Assembly: GCA_902631785.1 (NCBI GenBank)
Contig: CACOZT010000001.1
Span: 19,453 to 83,452 of the forward strand
Length of the DNA: 64,000 nucleotides
Direction of reading: 5' to 3'
DNA from: an uncultured SAR86 cluster bacterium
Lineage (GTDB): Bacteria > Pseudomonadota > Gammaproteobacteria > Magnimaribacterales > D2472
Shown here: positions 50,556 to 61,486 of the stretch, in pieces
Layout of the letters: the number at the start of each line of letters is the position of its first letter
Position numbering within the stretch: the first letter of the stretch is position 1
The notes under the pieces: generated by a model
The model's input: only the letters and a program-made list of their open reading frames with translations
Told to the model about the DNA's origin: nothing
The model's database searches: none
Translations under genes and position numbers: made by a program

Positions 50556-51964
50556 GAAGAAGAATTCATCTGGATATAGTCTCTTCTTAAAGCAAGATTT
50601 TTAACTCTCACCTCCTCATTTTCAGTGTATTTAATCCAGTTATTTGCTTGGGTTTTAATTTTCTTATCTTTGTCTCTGGCAGCAATTCTAAAATTTTTCT
50701 TTGCTTCTTCAAACTCTTGAAGTTCAAAATATGCTTGTCCTAAAGTTAGATATACTTGTGAAAGTTTTTTAATATCTCCTTTTTTAAGACCTTTTTTAAT
50801 TGCGTCAACAGCTTCATTAACCTTATCCTCAGATAAGTATAAGTTACCTAACAACACGTAGGATTTACCATCTTTCGACATCTCAGCAGCTTTTTCTAGA
50901 ACTGGAATGGCTTTATCAATCTCTTGTGCCATTCTCCATGAATCTGCTAATACCTTTAAATTTTTTTCAGTACTTTTGACAACAGGGACCATTTTTTCTT
51001 CTTCAGTTTTCTCATCAACAATAGTTATCATTTTATTTTGGCCAGATACAAGAACTTCAGCAGCCCAGTATGGATTTTTATTTAGCAACAATAATTGTGC
51101 TAACGCTAAATACTCTGATTCTTTATCTAAAAAATCTTTTTGAAAAGCAGTCTTTAAAGTGATCATATAATCTCTTTCTCTTCCAAGAGTTCCATATGCT
51201 CCTCCAAGTTGGATAAAATAAGTTTTCTTAGGGTATAAGTTAACTAATATCTCGTATATTGGTATTTGCTTTAGTAAAGATTCTCTCTCACCTATTTCAT
51301 CTTTCAATTCACTGTAACAACCAGCGAGAAGTGAGTACCAATTTTCTCTTGGTTTATAACCCTCTTCTTCAGCCATTGATATAGCTGTTTCTAAAGATGA
51401 CATGGATTTTCTATAATCGCCAAGAGCAAAATATGCTTGTCCTAATACAGAATAAGACTGAGCTGTAACCTCTTCCACCTCACTCATCCACTGTAAGATC
51501 AAGTTAACACCCTTTTGATAATTGCCTTCAGCTAAATTCAATTGCGCAAGAGAAAATAAGGCACCGTTTCTTAGCCCTATTGTAACCTCTGGCTCATTCA
51601 TCACATTTGTATATGCTGTCATAGCCTGTGGATACTTACCATCAGTCATATAAACATAAGCCCAAGCATTCCACATTACTGATCTGTCATAGCTTTTAAG
51701 GTTGTCTCTATCAGACCTAAGTTCTGTAAGAATATTAACGACTGTTACCATGTCAGGAGCAGGCTCTCCTTTATCATCAACCACCTCTAATGCTTCATAT
51801 ACCTTTGCCATTTTTTTTGCAGTTGATGTTTGCAACGCACGAGCTTTTTTATACTTTATTGGTTTTTTTGTTTCTGATTGAGCCTGAACTTCGATCGAAA
51901 TTGATGAAAATGCAAATAATAAAGCGAGTATTGAAAATAAATGTAATGTAAATCTTTTATTCAT
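50552..51964 (-). CDS. Periplasmic TPR protein of the TonB operon (TtpD-like)
   Basis: Signal peptide, multiple TPR-like helices, last gene after tonB. Confidence 0.82.
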   Translation of the reverse strand: MNKRFTLHLFSILALLFAFSSISIEVQAQSETKKPIKYKKARALQTSTAKKMAKVYEALEVVDDKGEPAPDMVTVVNILTELRSDRDNLKSYDRSVMWNAWAYVYMTDGKYPQAMTAYTNVMNEPEVTIGLRNGALFSLAQLNLAEGNYQKGVNLILQWMSEVEEVTAQSYSVLGQAYFALGDYRKSMSSLETAISMAEEEGYKPRENWYSLLAGCYSELKDEIGERESLLKQIPIYEILVNLYPKKTYFIQLGGAYGTLGRERDYMITLKTAFQKDFLDKESEYLALAQLLLLNKNPYWAAEVLVSGQNKMITIVDEKTEEEKMVPVVKSTEKNLKVLADSWRMAQEIDKAIPVLEKAAEMSKDGKSYVLLGNLYLSEDKVNEAVDAIKKGLKKGDIKKLSQVYLTLGQAYFELQEFEEAKKNFRIAARDKDKKIKTQANNWIKYTENEEVRVKNLALRRDYIQMNSSS

Positions 51965-51974
51965 AAGTTATTTT

Positions 51975-52676
51975 TTATTCATCATCTAGTATATATGTAA
52001 ATCTATGAAGAACTCCACTCACAGGAACCGCTTTTCCATCTACGATTTTAGGTTTATATTTTAACTTTAATGCCGCTCTAGCAGACGCACTATTAAACAT
52101 TGTGCATGGTCTAAATTCGGTAGATGGATCACTTGGATCACTGTTTGAACAATATCCTTCAATAGTATTTGCATCTTCTACGCTTCCAGTTTCAGTTATT
52201 GTAAACTCCACTAATGCATAGCCCATAGTACCTCTTTCTTGAGCTCTTCTAGGATATATTGGTACAACTTTAAATAGTGGAATATATTCGCCATCTCTAA
52301 AAAATGATCCCCCAGCCTTAAAGTTAGCTTTTGGTTTTGCAACTGACACATCAAGACCGGTTAATGGTTGGAGATCTAGTTCAGGCTGAGCAATATCTTC
52401 AGGTTGTTCTTCAGGCTTTTCAGGTTTATCAACTTCTGACATAAAAGTATCAATTTCTCTTTCTGGCATAACGATATCTTGAAGTTTCACAGAAGTATCT
52501 TGTTTTAATCCACTATCACCTAAAGCAATCAAAAGAACCATTACAAAAAATAAAGTTAATGTAATTAAAGATGAAAATCCTATACCTGCTGCATATTTAT
52601 TTGCATTGAAAGCCTTAATGTAAATATCATATATAGGTTTTGTAACAGTATTAATTGCAGACAGGACTTGATTCAT
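51975..52676 (-). CDS. tonB: Energy transducer TonB
   Basis: TM anchor, Pro-rich linker, PIYPRRA..RG..G, KYKP. Confidence 0.92.
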   Translation of the reverse strand: MNQVLSAINTVTKPIYDIYIKAFNANKYAAGIGFSSLITLTLFFVMVLLIALGDSGLKQDTSVKLQDIVMPEREIDTFMSEVDKPEKPEEQPEDIAQPELDLQPLTGLDVSVAKPKANFKAGGSFFRDGEYIPLFKVVPIYPRRAQERGTMGYALVEFTITETGSVEDANTIEGYCSNSDPSDPSTEFRPCTMFNSASARAALKLKYKPKIVDGKAVPVSGVLHRFTYILDDE

Positions 52677-52679
52677 AAT

Positions 52680-53090
52680 CTATTTTGGTTCTGATGCTAG
52701 AGATATAGCATTAACTCCAGCTTCACGAGCCCCATCCATAACTTTGATTATGGTATCTGCAACCGCTTTTTCGTCAGCTTGTATTACTACAGATCCCTGC
52801 GGATTATCAGCAAGCATTTTTACAACATTTGCTTTGACTTGCCTCACATCAATTCTTCTTCCATCCATCCAAACCTCTCCAGTTGGACCGACAGCAATTA
52901 ATATTGCAGCATTTTCCTGAGTTTCAGCTGTATCAGAATCAGGTCTGTTAATCTCGAGTCCTGGTTCTTTGATAAAGTTAGCTGTCACGATAAAGAAGAT
53001 AAGCATGATGAAAACAACATCAAGCATTGGTGTCAAATTAATTTCGCTTTCTTCATCCTTAACAGCAGTACTGATAGCATTTCTTCTCAT
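52680..53090 (-). CDS. exbD: Biopolymer transport protein ExbD
   Basis: INLTPMLDVVFIMLIFFIVT, IQAD. Confidence 0.94.
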   Translation of the reverse strand: MRRNAISTAVKDEESEINLTPMLDVVFIMLIFFIVTANFIKEPGLEINRPDSDTAETQENAAILIAVGPTGEVWMDGRRIDVRQVKANVVKMLADNPQGSVVIQADEKAVADTIIKVMDGAREAGVNAISLASEPK

Positions 53091-53101
53091 TTGTTAATCT
53101 C

Positions 53102-53632
53102 CTATAGTTCTCTCTTTATTAATTCTCTTAAATCATTTGTGTGTCTGTCAGACGCACTAGATAAATATATAGTGGCAAATACGCCTGATAAAGCTACAAC
53201 CATACCAGCCATTGTTGGAAGTGTTGCCTTAGAGACACCACCAGCCATTGCTCTTGCATCGCCGCCGCCATTAAAGGCCATAACTTGGAAAACTTCTATC
53301 ATCCCTGTTACTGTTCCTAAAAGTCCAAATAATGGGGCTAAAACAACACAAGTTTGAATTATTGATAAGTTTTTATTAATCTCCACTTTTGCTTGAGAAA
53401 GCATCTTTTCTCTGATTTGAAGAGCATGCCAAGAAGTCTTATCAGCTCTGTTATTCCATTTTGCTGACAGATCCTTAATATAAAATTCATGTCCGTGAGA
53501 AAAATACCAAATCCTCTCAAAAATCATTGCCCACATGAAAAAAACTAAAAGTGCGATCAGCCATAAAACACTTCCACCCGCCTCCATGAAGTCTCTGATG
53601 GATGAGAATGCTTCTGAGATAGCAAAAAACAT
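53102..53632 (-). CDS. exbB: ExbB (MotA/TolQ/ExbB family)
   Basis: APLFGLLGTVTGMI, MAGGVS..T. Confidence 0.9.
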   Translation of the reverse strand: MFFAISEAFSSIRDFMEAGGSVLWLIALLVFFMWAMIFERIWYFSHGHEFYIKDLSAKWNNRADKTSWHALQIREKMLSQAKVEINKNLSIIQTCVVLAPLFGLLGTVTGMIEVFQVMAFNGGGDARAMAGGVSKATLPTMAGMVVALSGVFATIYLSSASDRHTNDLRELIKREL

Positions 53633-53641
53633 AACTAATTA

Positions 53642-55027
53642 TTAACTTCCTTCAGCTCTTTCAGCAAGAATACCTGTGCTTTGTTCCTCAAGAACACTAA
53701 TTATTCCTTTAGCCGAAGAGGCTGTGAAGGAATGGAGAAGTGTAGTAGGTATTGCAACTAACAAACCTAAAACTGTAGTAACAAGTGCTTGAGAAATACC
53801 ACCAGCCATAAGTTTAGGATCGCCCGTTCCATAAAGAGTAATCATTTGAAAGGTAACAATCATACCTGTTACTGTTCCCAATAGACCTGCAAGCGGTGCA
53901 ACAACTGAAATTATTCTCACAGCGCCAATTCCTCTTTCAATTGAAGGTCTTTCAGCCATAATTGCTTCAGCAAGTTTAAGCTCTAATGTATCAATATCTT
54001 TCTTGAAGTTTTCTTCTCCGACTTTAAGAACTCTTCCAAGAGGATTTCTAACATCTAGTGTTTTAGATCCTGCTTGAGCTCTTACTGCCTTGCCGAGAAC
54101 ATATAAACTCCACAATTTCCAGAAAGCTAATCCAATACCAATAAGACCAACAAAAATAATTGCATATCCAACTTCTCTACCTTGGGCAGCTCTTTCTGCT
54201 AAAGAAGGAGTCTGAATTAAATTAGCTAGAAGACTTCCTCCAGTAGGTCCAGTTGGGTCAACACCGAATCTAACTTGTTCTCCAGCGTCTGCATTACCAA
54301 CACTTTTTGCAGTTTTTGTAAATCTTCCAGCAGGTTGTCTTGGTAAAAATGCATATTGACCGGTTGCAGCAACATATTCTAAATATTTACCGTCACAAAC
54401 AGCATTGAACAAACCTACCCTAGTTACATTGCATGTTGAAGACTCACCGTCAACATCTATAACAGTTGTATCAAAAGACACTACTTGCCCACTTGCAACC
54501 ATTTCTCTTTGAAGTTCATACCATAAACCTTCAATTTCTCTAATAGTTGGTAATTCTGTAGTCTCTGACATTTTTGAAGTAAGATCATTTAAGAAATCTA
54601 CTCGCTCAAGACCATACTGAGGGCTTGTTAAAGATCCAGAAAATTGAACTGCAGCCTCACCTGCGGAGCTTTGAAGATGACCAAAGAGTTCCACTAAAGA
54701 TCCAAGTTCTTTTTGATATGCTTCCTCCTTCACTCTTAAAATTTCTTCGTTCTTTTTATACTCAGCCTCAAGCTGATCAGCAATTCTTTCTTGTCTAGCT
54801 AATTCTCTCTTTTCAGCAGCTAAAATTGCGGCTTGTTCATTTTTATTAGCCATAAACTTAGCTTCACGATCTGCATTTGCAGATTGTTCTTTAGTTTTAC
54901 CTTCTTTAACAAGTTGTAAAAGCGCTTCAACAGTTGATATTTCTGTTTCTTCACCTTCATCTTGTGCAAATACAAAAGTGTTAAGTGTTAAAGTTAGAAC
55001 AAATAAAATAGATAAGTACTTTTTCAT
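53642..55027 (-). CDS. Large MotA/TolQ/ExbB protein (TtpC-like)
   Basis: Signal peptide, periplasmic coiled coil, APLAGLLGTVTGMI, MAGGISQALVTT. Confidence 0.88.
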   Translation of the reverse strand: MKKYLSILFVLTLTLNTFVFAQDEGEETEISTVEALLQLVKEGKTKEQSANADREAKFMANKNEQAAILAAEKRELARQERIADQLEAEYKKNEEILRVKEEAYQKELGSLVELFGHLQSSAGEAAVQFSGSLTSPQYGLERVDFLNDLTSKMSETTELPTIREIEGLWYELQREMVASGQVVSFDTTVIDVDGESSTCNVTRVGLFNAVCDGKYLEYVAATGQYAFLPRQPAGRFTKTAKSVGNADAGEQVRFGVDPTGPTGGSLLANLIQTPSLAERAAQGREVGYAIIFVGLIGIGLAFWKLWSLYVLGKAVRAQAGSKTLDVRNPLGRVLKVGEENFKKDIDTLELKLAEAIMAERPSIERGIGAVRIISVVAPLAGLLGTVTGMIVTFQMITLYGTGDPKLMAGGISQALVTTVLGLLVAIPTTLLHSFTASSAKGIISVLEEQSTGILAERAEGS

Positions 55028-55794
55028 TATGCCTCTCCCTTAACAACAGGCATCATCAACATATCAGTGGGCGCTAATTTTTTAGCCATCCTAATACCGT
55101 CTCTGATAGGTTTCCTGTAACTTCCAGGAAGTTCTTCCCAAGTGCCATTTTCATTGTCCCATCTTCCACTAGTTCTTTCGTCTTTAGTTTGATAGAACAT
55201 TCCAATTCTTCCTATTACAAGTATGTTAACAACAGTGCCATCAGCTAACTTATCTTCGTAAGTATCAACTTTACGCCCATACTCAGCTTCTATATTGTAA
55301 GCCTCCAGAACTTGTCTTACTTGCTCAGATGCAGTCACTTTTGGTTTTGCCAAGGAAGACCTAACCAAATCAACCCTAGCTTTTCTTTCTTCTGATCTAA
55401 AGGGAGTATCTAGATTGATAAAAGTCTCTAGGGTATCCAGCATCTTTTCTGCTAATGGAGGTATTTGTCTTTGCATAACAACAACTTGAACTAATTGCTC
55501 ATCAAGTTTGTCCATTAGGTCTAGTTGAGCTTGAATTTGAATTCTCTTTTGTGCGTTGTATAACTTGAGCCCTTCTACTTGTTTGTTAACTACTTTATAT
55601 TCATTAACAATTTTGTCTGTTTGTCTTTCTGTCTGATCTATTTTATCTTGCGAATTTGCAGAAAGAGTTTGATTTTCTCTACCTACTTCTAAAATACTTT
55701 CCATATTTACTTCGACGTTGGTTTCATTTGCAGAAATCAATACGCTAATGCAAAAAAGTACTGGTAAAGATATATTCTTTATTAATTTAAACAT
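55027..55794 (-). CDS. DUF3450 protein (TtpB-like)
   Basis: Signal peptide, coiled coil, LEAYNIEAEYGR, IGRIG; first gene of the TonB operon. Confidence 0.85.
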   Translation of the reverse strand: MFKLIKNISLPVLFCISVLISANETNVEVNMESILEVGRENQTLSANSQDKIDQTERQTDKIVNEYKVVNKQVEGLKLYNAQKRIQIQAQLDLMDKLDEQLVQVVVMQRQIPPLAEKMLDTLETFINLDTPFRSEERKARVDLVRSSLAKPKVTASEQVRQVLEAYNIEAEYGRKVDTYEDKLADGTVVNILVIGRIGMFYQTKDERTSGRWDNENGTWEELPGSYRKPIRDGIRMAKKLAPTDMLMMPVVKGEA

Positions 55795-55948
55795 TTTTGT
55801 ACTCCCTAAGGTTTGAACATGTTAACAGCCCTAAACCAATAAATAAAATATAAATTTATACTTTATCTAGTATCTAATTCTATCAAAAAGTTAGTGATTT
55901 CTACGAATTTTGTAAATTTTTCTATTTTTGCTTGAAATTTATCAAAAA

Positions 55949-56794
55949 TTATAATTTAGGAAATAACATTGGAGTGCTTTTCTTATATGACTTATAACTC
56001 TCATCATTAGCCCATTTTTTATCATTCATGTCTTCAAGCATCCTAACACCACTAACATAAACAAGTAAGATATATGTGAACAATGGTGATATTAGTGTAA
56101 CTAGTTGAAGCCCCTCAAGAGATGAAAAAGAAATCACTGCAATTGCAAACCATAACAAAACTTCTCCAAAATAATTAGGATGTCTAGATTTGGACCATAG
56201 ACCAGACGTTATAAAACTGTCTTTATTTGCTTCGATAGATCTAAAAGCTGTTTTTTGATTATCTGCAATAACTTCAATACTAAATCCAATAATAAATAAA
56301 ATTATCCCAATATAAGTTAATGCATTCATAACTATGCCTTCAGCGCTAGATATGGCTACGAGCGCACACATTGAGCAAAGTGTTACCCATAACCCTGACA
56401 ATGTGAATGTCATAAAAAACTGAGAAGCAGATGTTTTGATTGTTCTAAACCTTTTATCCTCACCAGCTTTATGTATTCTCATGAATAAAAACACACCAAG
56501 TCTTATTGTCCAAACTGAAATAAACAAAACTAAAATCAGATTTCCAAAATTAAGTGAAATGGATTGATATGAAGACAAAAAAACAAACCATACAACAAAT
56601 AAGTATGTAATGCTTCCTGTTAAATCATAGAACTTTTCAGTTTGCAGCATGTATGCTGGTATATATGCAACCCAATGAATTACATATGCCAAAAGTACTG
56701 CATTTTTCACAATTACACTTCCAGTCAAATATGCAATACCGTAACTAATTGCAAAAGATAAAACCGAAATTAAAATATTAGTTATCCATTTCAT
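55949..56794 (-). CDS. DUF1295 steroid 5-alpha reductase-like membrane protein
   Basis: TEKFYDLTGS, EDKRF, ADNQK, GLWSKSRHPNYFGE. Confidence 0.88.
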   Translation of the reverse strand: MKWITNILISVLSFAISYGIAYLTGSVIVKNAVLLAYVIHWVAYIPAYMLQTEKFYDLTGSITYLFVVWFVFLSSYQSISLNFGNLILVLFISVWTIRLGVFLFMRIHKAGEDKRFRTIKTSASQFFMTFTLSGLWVTLCSMCALVAISSAEGIVMNALTYIGIILFIIGFSIEVIADNQKTAFRSIEANKDSFITSGLWSKSRHPNYFGEVLLWFAIAVISFSSLEGLQLVTLISPLFTYILLVYVSGVRMLEDMNDKKWANDESYKSYKKSTPMLFPKL

Positions 56795-58608
56795 TCTTCA
56801 CTCCATCCACAAGTTCTGTTTTTATTTTCTTCATCAAGCCATTTTTTTAGTGGTGCATAATAGTTCAATATTGATTTTCCACTGAGCTGTCTTGAGCCAG
56901 TGAGATTCTCAAAAGCATCCTGCCATGGCAAGCTTTGACCCATTGCCATAGTTGTAATAATTTTATCACCTGCTTCTTTATTTCCATAGATTGAACATTC
57001 GTGTAAATACCCATCATAATCAATTAAATTACAAAGTGCTTCATGAAACTGATATTGCATAATGCTAGCTAAATAATATCTAGTGTATGGAGTATTGCCA
57101 GGAATATGATACTTTGCCCCTGGGTCAAAATAGTTTTCAGATCTTGGATAGCTAGAATTAATTCCCTGATATTCTTCTCTTAAACTCCACCATGAAGAAT
57201 TCAAATTTCTTTCGTCAATTTCGCCATTAAATACTCCAGATCTCCATTTATCTAGCATTAATGCCCATGGAATGATTACTACACCATCTAAAGCTTGTTT
57301 CATAAGTAACGCGATAGGGTCTCGTTTTGCTTCTTCTGCATCGTCTTTAGATATAAAACCAATATCAACTAAGTAATCAGGAGTTATCGAAAGCGTTAAA
57401 AGATCACCAAATGCTTCATGAAATCCGTCATTTGCGCCGGCTTGAAAAACTGTTGGGATATGGTTATATGCCTGGTAATAAAAAATATGACCTAGTTCGT
57501 GATGGATAGTAATAAAATCTTCTTCATTCTTTTCAATACACATTTTTATTCTAAGATCATTATTTGCAGGATCTAAGTTCCACGCGGATGCATGACATAC
57601 AACTGATCTATCTCGAGGTTTAACAAATAAGGACCTTTCCCAAAAAGTTTCTGGTAGAGGCTTAAATCCCATTGATATGAAAAAATCTTCTGCATACTCC
57701 ACCATCTCTATTTCACTCAATGATTTTTCATCAATTATTTTAGTTACATCTATATACTTCGAATCTGGTTTTTCTTCATATACCAAATCATAAATATTTG
57801 ACCATGATTGGCCCCACATATTTCCTAGCATGTGAACAGGCAACGGTCCTGTCTTTGAGATAACCTCATCGCCATAATGCTCATTTAATTTTGCCCTAAC
57901 ATGACAATGAAGAGCTTCATATAGTGGTTTTACATCATTCCAAACTCTGTCAGTATCATCAAGGAAATCATCTGCGGGCATATCGTATTTGCTGAACCAT
58001 AAATCGCTCAATCCCTCATAGCCAAGATCAACCGATCCTTGATTGCCTATCTCTACCATTCTCATGTACATTGGTTTCATCGGCTTACCAATCTCATGCC
58101 AACCCTCCCAAGCTCTCAGTAATTCCTTAGGATCTCTAGAGTTATCAATAATTGATTCGAATGCTTCTAAGTCATAGCATTCTCCATTATCAAAACAATG
58201 CTCTCCACTTCCGTACATTGCTTCAAGGTTTGTGGTAATTTCTGAAAGTTCAGATGCCAGCATTTCATCTAAAGGCGGAGGCATCACAAAAGAACTTTTA
58301 AGAATATTTAACATTCTTCGATTTTCTTTAGAAGTATTAAGTCGGTCAAAACTTGCAGCCTGTCTCGATCTTTCTAATGATTTTAATGTGTATTTTGTTC
58401 CATAATCTGCTATTACTTTCTGAGAATCATATGTTATAAAATTTGAACTTATCCACGAGGCAGAATATATTACAGGGCCATCTTTTTTATTTTCTAATTC
58501 AACGTTAGCAAGAAATTCTTCTAAATCTTGATTTGTTTGGGTTTGTTCGCCACTTGGAGCACAAGAAGTTACAATAATAAGTAATATTAAGCTTAGAAAA
58601 TTTTTCAT
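56791..58608 (-). CDS. M2 metallopeptidase (angiotensin-converting-enzyme-like), lipoprotein
   Basis: Lipobox VTSC, LGNMWGQSW, CHASAW, HHELGH, GFHEAFGD, FDPGAKYHIP. Confidence 0.94.
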   Translation of the reverse strand: MKNFLSLILLIIVTSCAPSGEQTQTNQDLEEFLANVELENKKDGPVIYSASWISSNFITYDSQKVIADYGTKYTLKSLERSRQAASFDRLNTSKENRRMLNILKSSFVMPPPLDEMLASELSEITTNLEAMYGSGEHCFDNGECYDLEAFESIIDNSRDPKELLRAWEGWHEIGKPMKPMYMRMVEIGNQGSVDLGYEGLSDLWFSKYDMPADDFLDDTDRVWNDVKPLYEALHCHVRAKLNEHYGDEVISKTGPLPVHMLGNMWGQSWSNIYDLVYEEKPDSKYIDVTKIIDEKSLSEIEMVEYAEDFFISMGFKPLPETFWERSLFVKPRDRSVVCHASAWNLDPANNDLRIKMCIEKNEEDFITIHHELGHIFYYQAYNHIPTVFQAGANDGFHEAFGDLLTLSITPDYLVDIGFISKDDAEEAKRDPIALLMKQALDGVVIIPWALMLDKWRSGVFNGEIDERNLNSSWWSLREEYQGINSSYPRSENYFDPGAKYHIPGNTPYTRYYLASIMQYQFHEALCNLIDYDGYLHECSIYGNKEAGDKIITTMAMGQSLPWQDAFENLTGSRQLSGKSILNYYAPLKKWLDEENKNRTCGWSEE

Positions 58609-58651
58609 TTATATTCCTCGCTATTAAAATAACATAAAAAATAAAATTAAT

Positions 58652-59218
58652 ATGAAAATTTCAACAAACCAGTTTAAAAACGGAACCAAATTAGTAATAG
58701 ATAATGCTCCCTGCTCAATTATTGAGCATGAATTTCATAAGCCTGGAAAAGGCCAAGCTGTGATGAGGGTTAAATACAAAAATCTTTTAAATGGAAACAC
58801 TAATGATAAAACTTTTAAATCGGGAGAAAGCGTTGAAGCAGCCGATGTGAGTCATAAAGAAATGGAATTTTTATACAAAGATAATGATTCGTGGCATTTT
58901 ATGGATAAAAATAATTATGAACAAATTGAAGTTAGTTCATCTCAGATTGGAAATGCATCAAAATGGTTAGTAGGACAGGAAACTTGTGAGGTTATTTTAT
59001 GGAATGGTCAGCCTATTATGGTAAATCCTCCTATAATTGTTGAACTTAAAATTATCAGAGCTGAGCCAGGAGTGAAGGGAGATACTGTTTCTGGTGCAAC
59101 AAAAATTGCAAAACTTGAAACAGATGTTGAGGTTCAAGTTCCTTTATTTGTTAATGAAAATGAAATAATTAAAGTGGATACCAGAGATATGACATATGTT
59201 GGAAGAGCAAAATCTTGA
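58652..59218 (+). CDS. efp: Elongation factor P
   Basis: KPGKGQA, PGVKGDT, VPLFV, KVDTR. Confidence 0.96.
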   Translation: MKISTNQFKNGTKLVIDNAPCSIIEHEFHKPGKGQAVMRVKYKNLLNGNTNDKTFKSGESVEAADVSHKEMEFLYKDNDSWHFMDKNNYEQIEVSSSQIGNASKWLVGQETCEVILWNGQPIMVNPPIIVELKIIRAEPGVKGDTVSGATKIAKLETDVEVQVPLFVNENEIIKVDTRDMTYVGRAKS

Positions 59219-60948
59219 TTGATGCAATCAATAAAGAAGTAGAAAATTTTCTATCTTCAATTATAAATAATAAAAAAAATATTAATTCAGTTATGGAAAA
59301 GTGCTCTACTGCTATATCAGATGATCTTAGTAAAGGTCATATAACTACTAATGTTTGCATGATTGCAGCAAGTATACTTAAGGTTAACCCAAAAAAATTA
59401 GCAGATGATCTAAAAATTAGACTAGAAGAGATTAACAAATTTGATAAGGTCGAGACAGCAGGCCCTGGATTTATAAATGTCTCATTAAAGAGAGAGGATT
59501 TTGCATCAATAATTAATTTAATTAATAAAAGCAAAAATTCATTTGGCAGTTCAAAAGCTAGAAAAGAAAATAAAGTTCAAATTGAGTTTGTTTCAGCTAA
59601 TCCTACTGGGCCTCTTCATGTCGGCCATGGAAGAGGGGCTGCCTATGGCGATGCAATTGCAAGGATTCTTGAGTCGACAGGCGCAAGTGTTGAAAAAGAA
59701 TATTATGTTAATGATGCAGGAAGACAAATTGATATTCTTACAGCAAGCGTAATATTAAAATTAATTAAGAATGATATTAATAATTATTTTCCTGAAAATG
59801 CATATAAAGGAGAGTATATCGATGAAATTGGAAAAAAATTAGGCCAAGAAGTCAATGTAGATGATTTTAAGTCACTTTCTACTTCAGACTATAAAAATCC
59901 AGAAGAAGAAATAGATAATATTATTTATGAACTGGAAAAATTAAATAAAGAATCATGGAATCTTATAAAAAATTTATCGTTAAAAGAAATTGTTAAATCA
60001 ATTGAGGATGATTTAAAAGCATTTAATGTTAATTTTGATAAATGGTTTTATGAATCTTCTATGGGTAAGGTTGATGATGAAACATCTGACATAGCAACAT
60101 CAATAAATAAATTAAAAAAAGATGGGCATGCCTATGAGAAAGATAAGGCTATATGGCTAAATACAGATATTAGTGGTGATGACAAGCATAGAGTTTTAGT
60201 TAGAGATAATGGAAAGACTACTTATTTTGCATCAGATGTTGCTTATCACAAAAATAAGATCGATAGAGGCTTCGATAAATTAATAAATGTATGGGGAGCT
60301 GATCATCATGGATACATTAAAAGAATAGAGGCATCTATTGAGAATCTTGGTTCAAGTAAAAACAAATTAGTTGTTAAGCTTGTGCAATTTGCCAATCTTT
60401 TTAAAGATGGAAAAAAAATCAAAATGTCCACAAGATCTGGAGAATTCTTTACGTTAAAAAATCTGATTGAGGATATTGGTTCGGATGCTGCAAGATTCTA
60501 TTATTTATCAAAACAGGCTGATCAACATTTAGATTTTGATCTTGATTTAGCAAAATCTGACAGCAAAGAAAATATCTTTTACTACATACAATATGCACAT
60601 GCAAGAATTGTCTCGCTTGAAGAAAAAGTTGTCGATAAGTATTCTGATATTAAAAGAAATATTACAAACATAAATAATGGAAATTACATAGAGTGTGACA
60701 ATCTAATTCACGAAATCTCAAAATTCCCTGATATCGTAAATAAATCTGCAAATTCACTTCAGCCACATGTAATTATTTATTACCTAAAAGATTTATCTCA
60801 GCTATTTCACAGTTTCTATAATGATAATCATGTTTTATCTGAATCTGAGGAGAATATGCAATCAATTATGGAATGTCTCACGGCTGTTAAACAGGTAATT
60901 TCAAACGGCTTGAATCTTCTTGGAATAACTCCAATGCAAAAAATGTAG
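59215..60948 (+). CDS. argS: Arginine--tRNA ligase
   Basis: EFVSANPTGPLHVGH, WGADHHGY, KMSTRSG, YIQYAHAR. Confidence 0.96.
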   Translation: MIDAINKEVENFLSSIINNKKNINSVMEKCSTAISDDLSKGHITTNVCMIAASILKVNPKKLADDLKIRLEEINKFDKVETAGPGFINVSLKREDFASIINLINKSKNSFGSSKARKENKVQIEFVSANPTGPLHVGHGRGAAYGDAIARILESTGASVEKEYYVNDAGRQIDILTASVILKLIKNDINNYFPENAYKGEYIDEIGKKLGQEVNVDDFKSLSTSDYKNPEEEIDNIIYELEKLNKESWNLIKNLSLKEIVKSIEDDLKAFNVNFDKWFYESSMGKVDDETSDIATSINKLKKDGHAYEKDKAIWLNTDISGDDKHRVLVRDNGKTTYFASDVAYHKNKIDRGFDKLINVWGADHHGYIKRIEASIENLGSSKNKLVVKLVQFANLFKDGKKIKMSTRSGEFFTLKNLIEDIGSDAARFYYLSKQADQHLDFDLDLAKSDSKENIFYYIQYAHARIVSLEEKVVDKYSDIKRNITNINNGNYIECDNLIHEISKFPDIVNKSANSLQPHVIIYYLKDLSQLFHSFYNDNHVLSESEENMQSIMECLTAVKQVISNGLNLLGITPMQKM

Positions 60949-60952
60949 TTAT

Positions 60953-61486
60953 ATGAAAGACTTTGCAAATGTAAGAAGTAGTAAATCGACTAAAACTAAA
61001 AGAAAGGCTGTTTTTAGATCAAAAAAACCATCTGCAAATACAATATCAACTAAAACAATTCTTATATTAATCTCGATAAGCACAGGTTTAGTTGCAGCTT
61101 CAGTATTTCTATTTAAAACAGATGTTACATCAATCAAGACTACCAATACGTTAAATTCTGTAAATATAGATTTCCCCTCATCATTACTCGAGAATTCAGT
61201 TCTTATTGAATTTAATGAAGAAAATAATTTCCTAGAGTGTCAGTATTTCGTGCAAGTTGGTGCTTACGGAAATAAAAAATATGCTTATGAAGCAATTAAT
61301 ATGCTGAGTGGCGAAATAAAAAATCTAACTATTAACGAGGTATATAGTACTCTTTTGCCTGGAAAACCCCTAAATAGTGTAATATCAGGGCCCTATGTTA
61401 ATAGGTCTTCTGCAAATAATGCTAAAGAAAAAATAACAAAAAGTGGTTTCGAGCCTAGATTAAGAACTTTATGCAAAGAGAATTAA
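60953..61486 (+). CDS. SPOR domain membrane protein (FtsN-like)
   Basis: MKDFA, TM helix, YFVQVGAY, GPY; follows argS. Confidence 0.75.
   Translation: MKDFANVRSSKSTKTKRKAVFRSKKPSANTISTKTILILISISTGLVAASVFLFKTDVTSIKTTNTLNSVNIDFPSSLLENSVLIEFNEENNFLECQYFVQVGAYGNKKYAYEAINMLSGEIKNLTINEVYSTLLPGKPLNSVISGPYVNRSSANNAKEKITKSGFEPRLRTLCKEN

Noticed and set aside
55795-55948. Fur box upstream of the TonB operon
   Set aside because: Only AT-rich partial matches to GATAATGATAATCATTATC, not distinguishable from background
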